Notes: generated by a model not told the origin, from the sequence alone. A stretch of 63,315 bases of DNA, filler included, from Psammoneis japonica (GCA_008632985.1; 6 parts of 6 records of this genome joined end to end with filler, not necessarily neighbours in it); one strand, 5' to 3'. Numbered from the whole stretch's first letter, positions 12,775 through 26,735 are shown. Made by a program: numbers and translations.

Positions 12775-13230
12775 CCTAACTTACGATCGAACTTTCACCA
12801 CCAAAAGTATAGATTTATACAAATATAAATGTTTTGCAACACTAACAAGACTCGTGTGAGTGTTGCAATATCATTGTTATTGTGCTATCTATGTTTTTCA
12901 TTGCGTTAAAAGATTCGTAACACAACGGATGATTTTCGGCGAAAATATTGCCGTTATTTGGATGTTACCTAAACATATCTTTCTACGATGCTACTTGGTA
13001 GGTTTTCTACCTACAAAAAAATCTCAGTATAAATCTACTGACGTACAATCAGTATTGAGTCTACTGAGGAAGTTTATGATACATATCCCATGAGGATTTG
13101 AATACCCCTCAAAAAAATATTTAAATGTTCATACTCTAGAAGCCTATAAAAGTCAATCCGTCTAAGTATTTTTATTAAAATACTATATACACTCAAATAT
13201 ACATATATTATATTCAAAATCCGATTGTCG
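12775..13230. other. AT-rich, TpA-rich island with several short inverted repeats
   Basis: ~55 TA in ~450 bp between nearly TA-free flanks. Hairpins: ttgcaacact/agtgttgcaa, attttcg/cgaaaat, gtaggt/acctac, ctcagta/tactgag, agtatttt/aaaatact. Confidence 0.85.
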
Positions 13231-13584
13231 TTTTGTGCGTCACTGGGACTGGAACACGTCACCAGCGAAAGACAAAACAATGACAGGTGATGCGATGCCT
13301 GCAGCCAATGGCACAAACATTGGAGTCCTCATCACTTTGTCAGAAGCAAAGCCTGAGATGTCAAGATTGAAGCAGTCCTCCGGCCAGTGCGTCGAAAATG
13401 CAACACACAGAAAAAGAGTTTTGTGCTTGCACACCATGACCATGCTTTGCAGTTTGTTCCCTCACCATTTTGTTCTGTCATGCTTTTCAGTGCCTCACCA
13501 TGATTCATCTGTGTGTGTGTGTGGTTTTAAATTGCACAGCAGGGTCTCTGCTGCTCTGCATTGCCAGAAACTCCTTCACAAAAC

Positions 13585-14548
13585 NNNNNNNNNNNNNNNN
13601 NNNNNNNNNNNNNNNNNNNNNNNNNNNNNNNNNNNNNNNNNNNNNNNNNNNNNNNNNNNNNNNNNNNNNNNNNNNNNNNNNNNNNNNNNNNNNNNNNNNN
13701 NNNNNNNNNNNNNNNNNNNNNNNNNNNNNNNNNNNNNNNNNNNNNNNNNNNNNNNNNNNNNNNNNNNNNNNNNNNNNNNNNNNNNNNNNNNNNNNNNNNN
13801 NNNNNNNNNNNNNNNNNNNNNNNNNNNNNNNNNNNNNNNNNNNNNNNNNNNNNNNNNNNNNNNNNNNNNNNNNNNNNNNNNNNNNNNNNNNNNNNNNNNN
13901 NNNNNNNNNNNNNNNNNNNNNNNNNNNNNNNNNNNNNNNNNNNNNNNNNNNNNNNNNNNNNNNNNNNNNNNNNNNNNNNNNNNNNNNNNNNNNNNNNNNN
14001 NNNNNNNNNNNNNNNNNNNNNNNNNNNNNNNNNNNNNNNNNNNNNNNNNNNNNNNNNNNNNNNNNNNNNNNNNNNNNNNNNNNNNNNNNNNNNNNNNNNN
14101 NNNNNNNNNNNNNNNNNNNNNNNNNNNNNNNNNNNNNNNNNNNNNNNNNNNNNNNNNNNNNNNNNNNNNNNNNNNNNNNNNNNNNNNNNNNNNNNNNNNN
14201 NNNNNNNNNNNNNNNNNNNNNNNNNNNNNNNNNNNNNNNNNNNNNNNNNNNNNNNNNNNNNNNNNNNNNNNNNNNNNNNNNNNNNNNNNNNNNNNNNNNN
14301 NNNNNNNNNNNNNNNNNNNNNNNNNNNNNNNNNNNNNNNNNNNNNNNNNNNNNNNNNNNNNNNNNNNNNNNNNNNNNNNNNNNNNNNNNNNNNNNNNNNN
14401 NNNNNNNNNNNNNNNNNNNNNNNNNNNNNNNNNNNNNNNNNNNNNNNNNNNNNNNNNNNNNNNNNNNNNNNNNNNNNNNNNNNNNNNNNNNNNNNNNNNN
14501 NNNNNNNNNNNNNNNNNNNNNNNNNNNNNNNNNNNNNNNNNNNNNNNC
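13585..14548. other. Assembly gap
   Basis: Run of N. Confidence 0.99.
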
Positions 14549-17500
14549 CCCCCCCCCCCTCCCTTGACTTCAAGCTGCATGCCACAACTCAGGTTGTGCA
14601 CCAAATGTTCCAGATCTCCAGGAGGCATGATGGTGCTGCAGCTGGCACTTGCCTGTTGGGTCCTTCTTTCTGATTTTGTCAACAGCCAACCAGAGTGCCA
14701 ACACTCAACATTTGCTGCACCACAGCAACAAGCCTGCCACCTTGCTCTGCTGCCCCCCTTCTTGCCCACATGATCCCATCACCTTTTTCCATCAATCATG
14801 TGCCCGCCCACCCAGCACCACCTTTCCTCCTTCTGTGGCCGCCCAAGTCTGCGCGCAACTTGATCCGGTGGTGCAATGTCCATGCTCCCGTGATGCTGCA
14901 GCATGATGCTGATGCTGCTGCATGATGCTGATGCCACGGCATTGTGCAATTCACACAGTGTGCTGTGCATGCGTTGTGCTTGCGAGTGACTCTCGCACAG
15001 GCTCAGACACACTGCTGGGCAGGACAGCAGAAAATAACACTTCTGTTTGTCATTTGCAATGACCCTGCTGCAAGATGTGAATGAAAATGTGTGTGACTCA
15101 CTGCATGACAAGCAGTTGCACCTTCCTTCAGCTCGACACACCAAGCAAATGCTGATGAGTCTTGCAGGGGACACTGAGAAGGAGTGAAGAATTCTGTGAA
15201 GACATGGCAGATTTGGTGATGCCAGTGTGCAGAAAATGGGCCAAGGACAACCCCAGCACAAGTGAGGGCTGGACCAGCTTTGCTTTTGCTGTGATCAAAT
15301 GGGCATCAGCACGGGAACAATGCTTGTGACAAAGAGAGACAGCATGTTGCACACTGATGGTGTCATCATGCCGGAGAGCTTTGGCGCAGCTGAGGTTTTC
15401 TTTGAACATTTCATGTTTGAGGCAGTGGGAGAACATGGCATGGGCCTGGCAGAGCAAGGCAAAATGCAGTCAATTCTTCATTGCCAGAGAGAGAGAGACA
15501 GAACACACAGTGCTGCACGTTCAATCCATGAACCCGCGCTGTGACATGTGCTTCGTTGGTGGAACATTCAACAGCAAAACCCCGGCAGCTGGAATGACAG
15601 CAAGTCAAGCAGATGCTGTTGAGATGGGAATGGCAAACCAAGATTGCTGCTTGCAAGTGTCAACTTCCAATTGTGCTGGCGCAAATGTTGGGCGCAATGT
15701 TGTGATGTGCAACATTCCCGCCAGCGATTTCATTCCATCCAATGTTTTGCAATGGCCAGGTCTTGATGGAAATTGCATGGTTGCGCGCAAATCACATGCC
15801 GACGATGAACCAAAGTTTTGTGTTCACGGCCCACCTCACAAGTTGAAGCACTTGACAAATGCAACAAGGAACAAGCAGCTGTGCTGGGGCCTCAATTGTT
15901 CCCATCCAATGTCTGTGAATGTGCTTCAAGAGGCACATGAAGCAACAACGCAGCACACCGATGAAATGGCTCTGATGTTTTCCACCAAGCTGCTGAAAGC
16001 TTGCAATTTCGACTCAAGAATGAACCAAGCTTAGAAACAAAAGGTCCTTCCTGCCACATGTGTGCTGAGCAATGCAATGTGCAGGGCGATCAACAAGGTG
16101 TGCTCAGACAGTTCTGTGGACTTCCCGCTGGCGCCATTTTCACAGCAAGCTGAGGCACTTTCCAAGATTTGAGAACTGTGCAAGAAAGTGAACCGTTGGC
16201 TTGATCTTTGCAATTCAAAGGACCCCGTCATGAAGAAACACTGGAGAGTCAAGATCACATGAAACCATGCTGAAAAGGCAGCAGATGAGTTGCCAGACAT
16301 GTTGAAGTTTTTTCATGATTGGAAAGACTTGCCAACTTGCCCCGATGGCACTGTCCTTGTGGACCATTTTGTCCCAATGGAGACCCATCAAAGCATGGAA
16401 CAGATTTGCCATGGATTTGCTTCCATCATCTGTGACCAGACCACAAAGCGGGGTTGAATGATTGCCTTGCATGTGCATTGCCAGGACAAGTGTGAGAATC
16501 ATTTTTCAAATGTTTGAGTCAACTGCGGCAATGCAAGACACCCATGAAAAGACAGGCCAATGCGTGTGACAAGACGTCCCATCTCAAACGTGCTGTCAAA
16601 GCAGGCAACAAAGGTGATGTCATGCTCTTTGAAGAGCGCCAGGCCAAGCAACTCTGCAGCTTGAAAACTGTGGCATGTTTCTGGGCAACCATTTCTTCAG
16701 TCGCAGCCACTGGCAGAGGAGCGTCTGATGCTTTGCAGATGACAGGCAGAGCGTGTGAGCAACAAAGGCACACAGCACCCAAGTTCTTGCCTCTTCATGA
16801 GTGAGACCCACTTTGAAACGTGTCGGCATCTTGTCGCTTGATTTGTTCACAGGTCGAGACTGCTGCTCGAGACGCAGTGAGTCCGACCCCTTCATTTTTC
16901 CTTGCAGTTTGAAGACCATGCCAAAATGCACCTTCCAAAGCAACTGTCGTGCACTCTCATCAAATGTGTGAGGTGCACATTGCATGAAAAGGTCGTGCAG
17001 TGGAATGCTCATCTTCGTCGCCTTCAGCATCTCTTGCAGAACCCTTCCCCGGTGATGCAAAACCTGAACTGCCGTGAAAGTGGGTTGATCAACAGCAGAT
17101 CAAGAACAAAAAAGGGCAACTTGCCTGATTTCATCCCAAGCTGTGGACTCTTGGAGATGGCATGAAACCCTTTTGGCCACTGCGGCAACCAAGGCAACTG
17201 AAGCCAGCTGCTTTGTGTGCACCCTCACCATTGCTTTGGCATCCACACCAAAGCCTCAATCAGAGAAAAAAGCAATGCTGTGATGCTGCCAAGGCATCAA
17301 CGGTGTGCTCTAAAAATTTCTGATGCAACAAGCAAACAATGAGAAGACAGACATTGTTCATTGGCACGTGATGCCAAGGCATCACATGAAATGCATTCAG
17401 CAACAAATGACAACGCAAGAGATGACAGCGCAACTTGCATTGACACCAAAACAAAAGAGCACCTGCATCTCTTTGCCCCCACCCCCACCCCACATTGATG

Positions 17501-18715
17501 ATTTGCAGCAAGAATGTCTGCAGTCTGCAACAGTGGCAACAACAGCAACCTCATGCATGTGACCCAATTGCCACAGAACAAACAGTGGCAACAACAGCAA
17601 GCATGAATGTGAAAAGAAAAGTGGGGAGGAAATCACCTGTTGGATGCTGGCTCCATGTTGCACGCATCTGTCAGGCGCCACTTGAGTTGCTGCAGCTGTG
17701 CCGGACACATTTGTTCCAGACTCCAGTCCTCTTTGCCTGCTCTGCCTGCTCTGCCTGCTCTGCCCTGGTGGCTGCCAGAACCAGGGCCCCAGAGCAGAGA
17801 GCACCAGCAGGCAGGGCTCCATGTGACATGCACTGGCCCAAGAATTCAACAAACGGATGTGTTTTTGTCTTCAACATCAAAATGAACAAGAGCCAAGTTT
17901 GCACACTGGCAAAATTTTGTCTCTCAAAGCCTGTGCTGGCAGGGTCCAGGTCTACAAAACAGCACATTGACAATCCCAAAGTCACAAAGAAATGCACATG
18001 CACAACACATGAGGCAGATGAAAAGGAGCATCATTGTTGCTGCACAATCCAGCGCAGCAAGGTTCCACACACAGAGAGCTGGAAGGTGTTGCTGGCAGGT
18101 TTTTGTGCACTTGAGTCACTCCTCAAGTGGCAAGATGCAGTGTGTCAGTTGAATCCTCCTCTCTTTGTTGTCTGTGCCCAAGTCACACATGTGCGCACCA
18201 CTGCTGCATCCCTTTTCTTCCCATCACCTCAGATCCCAAAGCAAAAAGAGCAGCAGCAGGCACGTGCTCTTCTTTTGTCGCTGATGGAATCATCTGAGCC
18301 ACAGCCAGAATGAGCGCCAAACTCATTTCTCAACAGATGACACACCTCCTCTGCATCACTGCACAATGGCCCCCCAGGCAGCTTCCCAGCACAGTGCACA
18401 GTTCAAGAATGCCTGTCATTGACAGTGCTGTCTGTGCCAACAGGTGCGAGGTTTAATGTGAAGTTTGCATGTTTCCAATGGGCATGGGAAACAATGAGAA
18501 CCAACACACCACAAGCATTTGCAATCATGCGGTGCAGCACCAGTGCGACAAACACCACTTGCAATGGCAGCAACATGAAGCAGCAAATGGAGTCCCACTT
18601 TGAAAAGAAAACTCCAAATCCTGCTTGAGCTCTTGGCTGCTGACCACCCACTCAAGGACATTGGATTCAGCCCTCCGGCTGAAGCCACTTCAGATGAAAT
18701 GCAACTTTGCCATTT

Positions 18716-19817
18716 TCACCGAGGAGCCTGATGTAAACCCAGACCGCTCAGCTTGACAACAGCTCCAATTTGTCCAATGTGTTTGTGCTTGTTTCCCTCA
18801 ATTTTGTCGTTGATCTTCACAGCATCGTTCTTGTGAAATTTTCGGACTTGACGGGCTTCCAAAGCTTGCATTTGAGCCACACCCAGCTCCTTTTCTTTGA
18901 GAGAGAAGCTGGTGGGAATTTGAGCAACTTCTGAGGCTTGCACTGGAGACATCATTGGCTCTTTTCCTTCAACAGGGAAACCAGTTGGAATCTGAGGAGC
19001 TTCCAGTGTCTGAGCTTTAGCTGCTGTCGCCTTGTTTCCTTCAACGAGAGCTGGCAGTTCCCCGAAAATGCCCCGCTTGAAAGAGAAGCCATCCCCTGAC
19101 ACCATCACCAACTTCAACAAACCAGTGCCCGCCACGCCCTTGTCATCTGCTGTGGCGTCTTCAGACTTGGCTGAAGTGGCAGTTTTGACTCCCCTGTCGG
19201 TGGCTGCTTCTTGATCCAATTCTTTGTCTGCCTTGATGTCTTCAATCGGTTCATCTGCCAGCACCTGAGCTTGAGCCACTGCCGCCTTGTTTTTTTTTTT
19301 TGGCAAGAGCTGGTGGTTCCCTGAAAATTCCCCCCTTGAAAGAGAAGCCACCCCCTGTTGCCGTCACCAACTTCAACGAATGAGCAACCTCCGCGCCCTT
19401 GTCAACTGTTGCAGCCTCTTTAGACTCAGCTGAAGTGGCAGTTTCAACTCCCCTGTCGGTGGCTGCTTCTTGATGCAATTCTTTGTCTGCCTTGGCAACG
19501 TCAATCGGTTCATCTGCTGGCACATTTGTTTTCCGGGACGATTTGTCCACAAGTTTGAGGGCTCCGCAGCAGCTGCACACTCTTGCGTGAGCATTGTTTC
19601 GGATGAGACAGCCATTGCACTTCCAACGTCCAGGCTTGATGGATGCATGGCCCCAAATGTTGGCGCTGTTTGCAGGAGGTGCAGCCTTGCCAAGCACATC
19701 AGCTGGCGGCGGCTCTGGGGCTTCAGCACACAGACGTTTGGTGGCGACCAAGCAAGCAACCTCTTCATCGAAAGCAAGAGGCTTGATCTTCTTCAACACG
19801 TGTCTGGCAAGATCCAC
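18716..19817 (-). pseudogene. RanBP2-type zinc-finger protein remnant with a ~260-bp internal duplication
   Basis: WKCNGCLIRNNAHARVCSCC matches W-x-C-x2-C-x3-N-x6-C-x2-C. DEPI..KADKEL.QEAATDRGV..GFSFKxGIF occurs twice. Frameshift in poly-T at ~19290. Confidence 0.6.
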
Positions 19818-22800
19818 TTGGTGGTGTGATCTGGGTGGAATGTCCGCCAGGTCGAAAGGCCAATCGCAAGTTGCACCACCGGGGTCATCCTGATCAAAAA
19901 AGCACCCAACAATTGTTGCACAAGTGCAGCTTCAATGCTTGCAAATGTGGCGCGGCTCTGCAAAAGCTGGAGCTTTTCCGTGCAAACATCTGAAAGGAAA
20001 TCGTGAAAGAGGTGCTTTTTGCCAGGCAAATGGCTGCCAACATCATGCTTCCACAAAAAGAACAGACCCGCATGGGCAGCCTCTTCTTCAGAGGGTCCAC
20101 AAGGCACTCCTGTTTGAACAAGTTGGCAGCTGCGCCGCTTCCAATGACGATCGTCTTGTTGCAGGATTCAATGAGTTTGAGAGCTTGGTCATTCCAAAAA
20201 GGAAAGTTTCCAGACAGCGCAAGCTGCCAGAGCACCAGATTGTCAGTGCCCATCTGCAGTGCCTGGGACAGTCCTTTGCCATCATCCTGAAGGATGCAGT
20301 CAGTCAACGCAATCTGCCCTGCCATCTTGAGAATTCCGCCTTGCTGCAGAACTGCAAATGCAGCTTGCTTGAACTTGATTGAGTGCTCCAAAGCATTGCA
20401 GCCTGAGAGCTCCATGAGTCTTGAGAATTTCTCTGGTGACAACACCACAGCAGCTGGCTTGTTTCCTTTGGTTGGGAACTTGACTTGGACCAAAGACGGC
20501 ATTTCAATCCCTTGAAGGATGTCACCATGTGCTTGCAAGGGCAATTCGAGTCAAAGCAAAAAGAGTTGTCGCAGAATCCTTCGAGCTGTTGTCACAGACC
20601 AGGCAATGGCAAGCTGGTGTTTGTGGCGGTCATTTGTGTGGACATTTGTTTGGTGGGCAAAACCAGCAATGGGAAGAATCACAGAAAGCAGCCCATGCTT
20701 GTCTTTTTCAAGAATTGCCCCTTCATTGAACATCACGACTTCATCATTCTTGCCAAAGAAGTGCAAAGCTTGAGAAAGTCCCCTGGCAAGCATGTTCCAA
20801 GGCTGGGAAGAATCGAAAGCGTCGCCATCCATCTGGCACTGAGTGAGTCCAGACAGCTCCTTGACAAGGAAGTCAGGGGGTTGTCCTCCATTTCACACAT
20901 GATGCCGCTAATTTTGGACAAATGCACAGTGAAGGAAACTTCCAATGGGTCATTTGGATCTGGATTGTGAGTCTTGCAGTGCCCCACATTCGTTTTAAGG
21001 TTTGGTTCATCAAGGGCATTGCGAACTGTCTGTTCAAGAACAGCAACACCAGCATCTTGCATTGGGGCTTTGCGCCTGCAACAAGTGTGAGAAAGGAGTG
21101 TTGCAACACAACAAACAACATTTGGCACACTTGCTCTGGAGACGAGTCATTGGGTGCAAATGAAGTGGCAAATTATTCCGGATTGTGAGTGCTTTTGAGC
21201 TGGTCAGAAAGATTTGCACCAGCTCGATCATTGTGCTGAAGGATGCGCTGGACAAAAGTGCGGACTTTGTGGTTAGATTGCTCAACTTCTTGAGTGATGC
21301 GTGATTCCTGCTCCTGCACGCGGGCCTCTTGGTTCTGTCCAACAGCTTTGACAGTCTGCACAACACGGGATGCTTCCTTCTGCATCACATGCCCCAGCCC
21401 ACGAATGTCCTCTCTCAGTTGTCCAAGTTGGTTCTTTTCTTCATCCCCGTTGGCGCGGCTCCCATTCCCACCAGTTTTGTTGCCCTGGATGTTGTCGCCG
21501 TGTGCATGCTGACCACCAACATTCAGATTGACATTGAAGGTGGTGTTTGGAGAGGCCCCATCAATTTGCAAAGCAGTGGGTCTGGAGTTGGGTGGAAGTT
21601 GGGCGGTCGCACTGTTTTGGGCGTTGCTGATGGGAGGTTGGAGAGCTTGAGAGACTGGAGTGGCTGTGCCGTTTGCCTGTCCAATTGTTTCCAAACAAAC
21701 ATGATTGCAGGTGAGCAAGTTGAGCATGAGTGGGCAATGCTCCAAAGCGACTCTGAATTACATGCCTGTAGAAAGGGTGGGTGGTGGGCAAGGAGAACAA
21801 TTGCGGTGGATTGAGGGAAGCTGTGGCGTGCTTGAATGAGTCAATGGACACACGTCCTGCTCCAAGACACAAAATTTGCTGCAGACACACTTGACCGTGG
21901 CTTTGAAATTGTCTTTTGGCATTTGCAAGCTGGACTCATTTGACAGATTCCCTGACAAGAGCAACACAAAGAGAGGACGGAGGTCTTTGTTGGGAGGGCT
22001 GGGTTTCTCCCAGCAATGGTGACGCAGTCTTTGTTGTTGAATTTGGTGTGCCAACAGCATTTCAAAAAGTTTTGCCAAGAGCCACCAATGCTGCACCCAA
22101 ACTGCTTGCACAAATCGTCACGCGTTTGCTTGTGATGCTTCATTGCACTGGAGTTGTGTCAAAGTTCACCTCCCTTCTGAGGAATCTTCATGACAAAATC
22201 AAGGACAGCATCATGTCAAAGGCATTCCAGCGTGGCAGTCTTGCGACAGACCAGCTGTTCTGAGCAGTCTGTTCAGCATTCTAGCTTGCACAAGAATTCT
22301 GGGGCATCACAAAGCAAAACCATGGCGGAACTTTTGTCACTGTCCTGGTCTGTCATTGCTGTTGCTCTGCAGGAAAAGTGCTGTTGAGAGGAAAGCAGAG
22401 TGGCAGAAACAAGTTGGGTGGTGTTGCATTCAAGGCAGGAGCAGTGGCTGGTTTTACATGTTGACTCCACACTCCATTGTCCAGAGCAAAGACCGCAAGA
22501 TTGTCCCGGCTCTGTGGCAATGCGTGTGGACCATTCAATCCACTCAACCAATGGTGCGCAAAAGACCCCAAGGATGGGCCTTCCACACTCGACTCACAGT
22601 CAAGCTTGAGTTGTCCTGCAGCAGAGCAAGTTGAGGGAACAACACACCCCATGAAAAGCAAGAGCACAAAAACAGGAACTCACACTCACCTTGCTTGATG
22701 ACACACCAACAGGATGACAATGGAATCTTCATTTTTGGGGACATCTCAATGTGCAGACAGCCCTCAGTGCAACAACAATCCTTGCAAGAGTTGCCTCCAC

Positions 22801-22842
22801 CAGCGTGCTGAGCTTGATCGTGTTGTGTGATGTGAGCTTTGG

Positions 22843-23368
22843 CAAGGGCTTGGATGAGCGCGCGCAAACATGAAGTGGTCAGTCCCACCCACTCGTGACT
22901 CAGCACTTTCCCATGGTGAAAATTGCACAGGAATCTGACGATGACAAAAACAGTCAGACAACTCCACCAACAACAATGTCAGCTGTGTGCAATTTGCATT
23001 CTGTGATTGCAAATGCTCGAACCTGCCATTTTGGGTGTTGGGTGCAGTTGCTTTGACAAATGGGAAGCTCATCCTCCGAGTGAAAGACGAATCGCACGGA
23101 GCACCGTGGATTTGTGCGCAACACAGTTCGCAGCATCATTTTGGCAATGGCCAGCGAAGCAACTGCATTTGATGCTCAAAGTTTTTAATTCATGCATTGA
23201 AGAACAAGGAATGTGCGTTGCATGCAGCAGACGTTGTTGTCAGCGGAAGTCATCTGACCGTTTTTGTCATCATTGGACTCCTGTGCAATTTTCACTGCAG
23301 CAAAGTGCTGAGTCGCGAGCAGGCAGGACTGACCATTTCCTTGAGCCATGTGCTCATCTCAGCCCTTG
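22843..23368. mobile_element. Putative non-autonomous element with ~125-bp imperfect inverted repeats
   Basis: 22843-22965 is the reverse complement of 23246-23368, and many mismatches are CA<->TG swaps. No TSD found. Confidence 0.6.
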
Positions 23369-23413
23369 GATGATGTGCGATGTGCCGGCAGCATTTTTTG
23401 AACTAAAAGAGTG

Positions 23414-23513
23414 NNNNNNNNNNNNNNNNNNNNNNNNNNNNNNNNNNNNNNNNNNNNTTAATTAATTAANNNNNNNNNNNNNNNNNNNNNNNNNNNNNNN
23501 NNNNNNNNNNNNN
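23414..23513. other. Artificial scaffold linker (also 50286-50385, 56685-56784, 59303-59402, 61868-61967)
   Basis: N44-TTAATTAATTAA-N44, a six-frame stop linker, identical at five places. Confidence 0.97.
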
Positions 23514-23519
23514 TAAAAA

Positions 23520-25095
23520 TGAGACGCATTTCCCAGCAAACAACACTGTCGAGAGCAGAGAGCAGTTGACGAGAAACAATGAAACTGCGCTCAGCGAGAT
23601 TGTTGTCACCTGCGCCACCCTGTGGAAGTTGCATCGTTCCGCTCCGATTGTTGTTTGTGGGGTGGAACTTGATGATTTTTGGGGAATGGCTCAATTGTGT
23701 TGCTGCTGTGACGCTGCTCAAGCGAGTTGTGGACGATCCGGAAAATGTTGGTCGTGCTTTGGTTGTTGCCAGAAGTGGTCTTTTCGGGTGTGGGTGGATT
23801 GCTGGCGGACTTGTGTGACAGACGATGGTCCATGATTGTCCTCGATGTGATTGCTTGCCGGCTGCCTGGGAATGATGTAGAAGTGCTTGACAGCCCTTGT
23901 TTCCATGATCTTGGTGCATCTCGTTTCCTTCCAGAAAATGACCACTGGAGCCCTGTGCGAACCTGCGCGGGATCGATCTTCCCCATGTTGCTCGACGATG
24001 CACATGAGCTCAAAAAGGCCGCCGCAAGTGACACACGCCCGCATCAGCAACAGGCCCTGTGCCTGTTTTTTGAATCACTTTTGGCGGCGCTGGGACCGGC
24101 TCTTGGTGGTGCAGCCATCCCAAAAAAAAAAGTGGTGCTTGACAACGCGTTTTGGTGCCTTCGATGTGGGAGCGCCGTCATGTCCAACAAATGTTTTGAA
24201 CTTTGGCTCATCCTTTGCGACACAGTTTTAGACAGTCTGCTGTGTTTCGGAAGTGCGCCATTGAAATGCTTTGTCGTTGGATCTTGGGATCCGTCCGATG
24301 AGGACGACGACACCAGTTGTGCAAGTAGCGAGGATGAAGAAGATGCGGAAGGAAGTGACAGCAGCTCAACAAATGGCGAGGAGGAAGAGGCCGAGGAAGA
24401 AAAGCGAGGCCATCTCCACAAGTTGCGAGGATGAAGAGGCCGAGGAAGAAGAGGACGAAACATCACATGTTGCAGGCGCTACGAAAAATGGCCATGGGTG
24501 GAGTCCAGCATCTCATGCGCAGCTTTTCTGGTCCGTTGGTCTTGCTCAATTGCAGCTCGGCTTTGATTTGCGGGTCCATTGACGTTCTTGAAGTCTCTCT
24601 TTCCGAACAAGGTCCCGACGAGAGCAGAGACAGCTTGCTGCTCGGCACACTGTTTTGTTTGTCTGGCTTGGGCGACTTGCTTGGCACCATCATTGCCGAG
24701 CATTTCATGGACGTCAATGATCCCAGCAATCTGCAACGAGCTTGCGTGCAGTCGTTCTTGTCAATGGCAATTGCTTTTCTCGGCATGGGGATCTTACCTG
24801 CCTTTGTAAGTCCTTGCATTTTAACGGCAGTCGATTCTGCCGGTGCGACCGTGATCGAAAGGTGCGTGCACGCTAAGCTTTGCTTTGGCGCAGACGTTGG
24901 TTCCAAGCTCATTTGTTCCATGCTCTACACACACAGTTGTGCACTCGGCCTAAGATGCTGGGACGCGTGTTGGCGATTGACATCACGTTGAGCACGACAA
25001 CCGAAATTATTTCTGCCATTCTGGCGGGATGGGTGCAGGATGCCTTTCATGTGTCGGCGCAGTCGGTCAGTTTGGGAGCGTCGGCAATGCTTTGA
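23520..25095 (+). pseudogene. Major facilitator superfamily transporter, frameshifted
   Basis: GEWLNCVA, VGGLLADLCDRR (MFS motif A), ALGPALGGA, GLGDLLGTII, MLGRVLAID, across several frames. Confidence 0.8.
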
Positions 25096-25140
25096 GATTA
25101 GGGAGACAGCTCAGCATCATGACTGCCGGAAGAACCATGG

Positions 25141-25725
25141 TTATGACAAAACCGCACGACCAACATTGTTCACCTCGAGGCGCGTCAGAACAGCAAGCAA
25201 GTTTTCTCCGACAAAGGATAAAAACACGGTGCAAACTGCCAGTTGCGTGACGCAGACACAAGCTCTAATGTAAGCCTGAAATTTTGTTCCATCCGCGCAA
25301 TGTCCGACATCAGGATGCGCAATGTTGGCAGATACGGACGTTGCAGTGCCCTCTTCTTCTCCGTCGTTTTGTTCCGGGTTGTCGTCCGCTTGGGTTTGTT
25401 CAATGTATCGCTTAATCTTGACGACGGTCCAGCAGTTGTACGACGTCCAGTGCGACATGGCAAATGTTGCAATGAAGCCTCCCGGCATTCCCAACTGACC
25501 CACAGCCCACGGAAGACTAAGACACCCCGGACCGAGGTGGCCCTTGAGCAAGTGAAGAAAGGTCTCGGTGCAAGTGGTTTGGTGAAGCTCGTCTTCATCA
25601 TTCTCTGCAGAAGTCACGCTGGTTCGTCTGCTTGGGGACAATTCACCCGTGGCGCCATTGCATTCTCTCATGATGTCAATAGAAAGAGGGCACACCTCTC
25701 CCATTTGGGTCATCAATGGACACAA
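25141..25725 (-). pseudogene. AAAP/SLC36-type amino-acid transporter, N-terminal fragment
   Basis: ETFLHLLKGHLGPGCLSLPWA and TQLAVCTVFLSFVGENL; truncated. Confidence 0.8.
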
Positions 25726-25743
25726 GGGAAAAGGGAGAGAGAA

Positions 25744-26735
25744 CTAAGGTACAGTGTACATGGCCTTGACATCATGAGCATGCGGACGTTGCGCATGAGT
25801 CAAGATCCAATTGTTCTTGTGCAGGTGTTTCTCGACACACACAACTCTTGAATCCACCCCACTCGCAAACACACGCGACTCGTCTCGAGTGGTCGCCAAG
25901 CACAATGCGTCTGCATGAGAATCATTCTGATTACAACTCGAAATGAGCGTTCCTGTCTTGCCATTCCAAAACTGAACATGACCCAAGGAATCACCCGACA
26001 CGACGGTGTCGCCACCGTGCAAGGCCAAAAGACTCCACGTCAGGGTTGGAGTGGGTGTTCCCAAGCATTCCAACGTCATGCGTAACGTAGACGACCATTT
26101 CACACTGCTTTCAGCCAAAGATGAAGAATCATAACGCCGAATGGTTCCATCCGCAACTGCCGCGTGCAAGACAGTGCCACTGTCGTTCTTGCCAGGGATG
26201 CGTCTCCATGCAACCGACAATAAAAGATTACAGCATGTCTCATGCTCGTCGTTGTTTTCGGTGTGATTGCAGAGACTCGCCAAGCACTGCACACCACCTC
26301 CCCCATGGAAAACAACGCTGCGGGACACACCCTGCTCCCAATCCAACACAGACAAGGTGCCATCTGAGGAAGCACCAACAAGAGTCTTGTTGTCATTGTT
26401 TGAACAACGAGTCCAGACCATGGCGTTGATTGGATGATTCGACTGACCGTGAATGGTTGACAGCGTGCGCCATTTCTGAGACGGACTTTTTAATTCCACG
26501 TGCCCGTTGCTCCGACTCAATGCGACCACATCTTCTTCCAACAACACGTTGTCGCTACTTCAATCGGGGCAGGCTTGTACTCCAAACAGCGAACACGATG
26601 AACCGCAACATTTGCTTCGTGATCTTGGATCTGTGGCTCGGGATCATCATGACGAGGTTTCTCAGACTTGTTGGATCGCTTTGAAGACTTTTTCTTTTTC
26701 TTCTTCTTTTCACTGGACGACTCTGTTAACGGCAT
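25744..26735 (-). pseudogene. UTP4: U3 snoRNP WD40 protein UTP4/cirhin, N-terminal fragment
   Basis: VHRVRCLEYKP, ALSRSNGHVEL, VSGDSLGHVQFWNGKTGT, FASGVDSRV, HAHDVKA. Frameshift and internal deletion. Confidence 0.8.

Noticed and set aside
13235..14773. Long ORFs spanning N runs (also 55088-56736)
   Set aside because: Artefacts of translating assembly gaps.
23458..23469. TTAATTAATTAA as a biological motif or piggyBac site
   Set aside because: It is always centred in 44+44 N, so it is a scaffold-joining linker.
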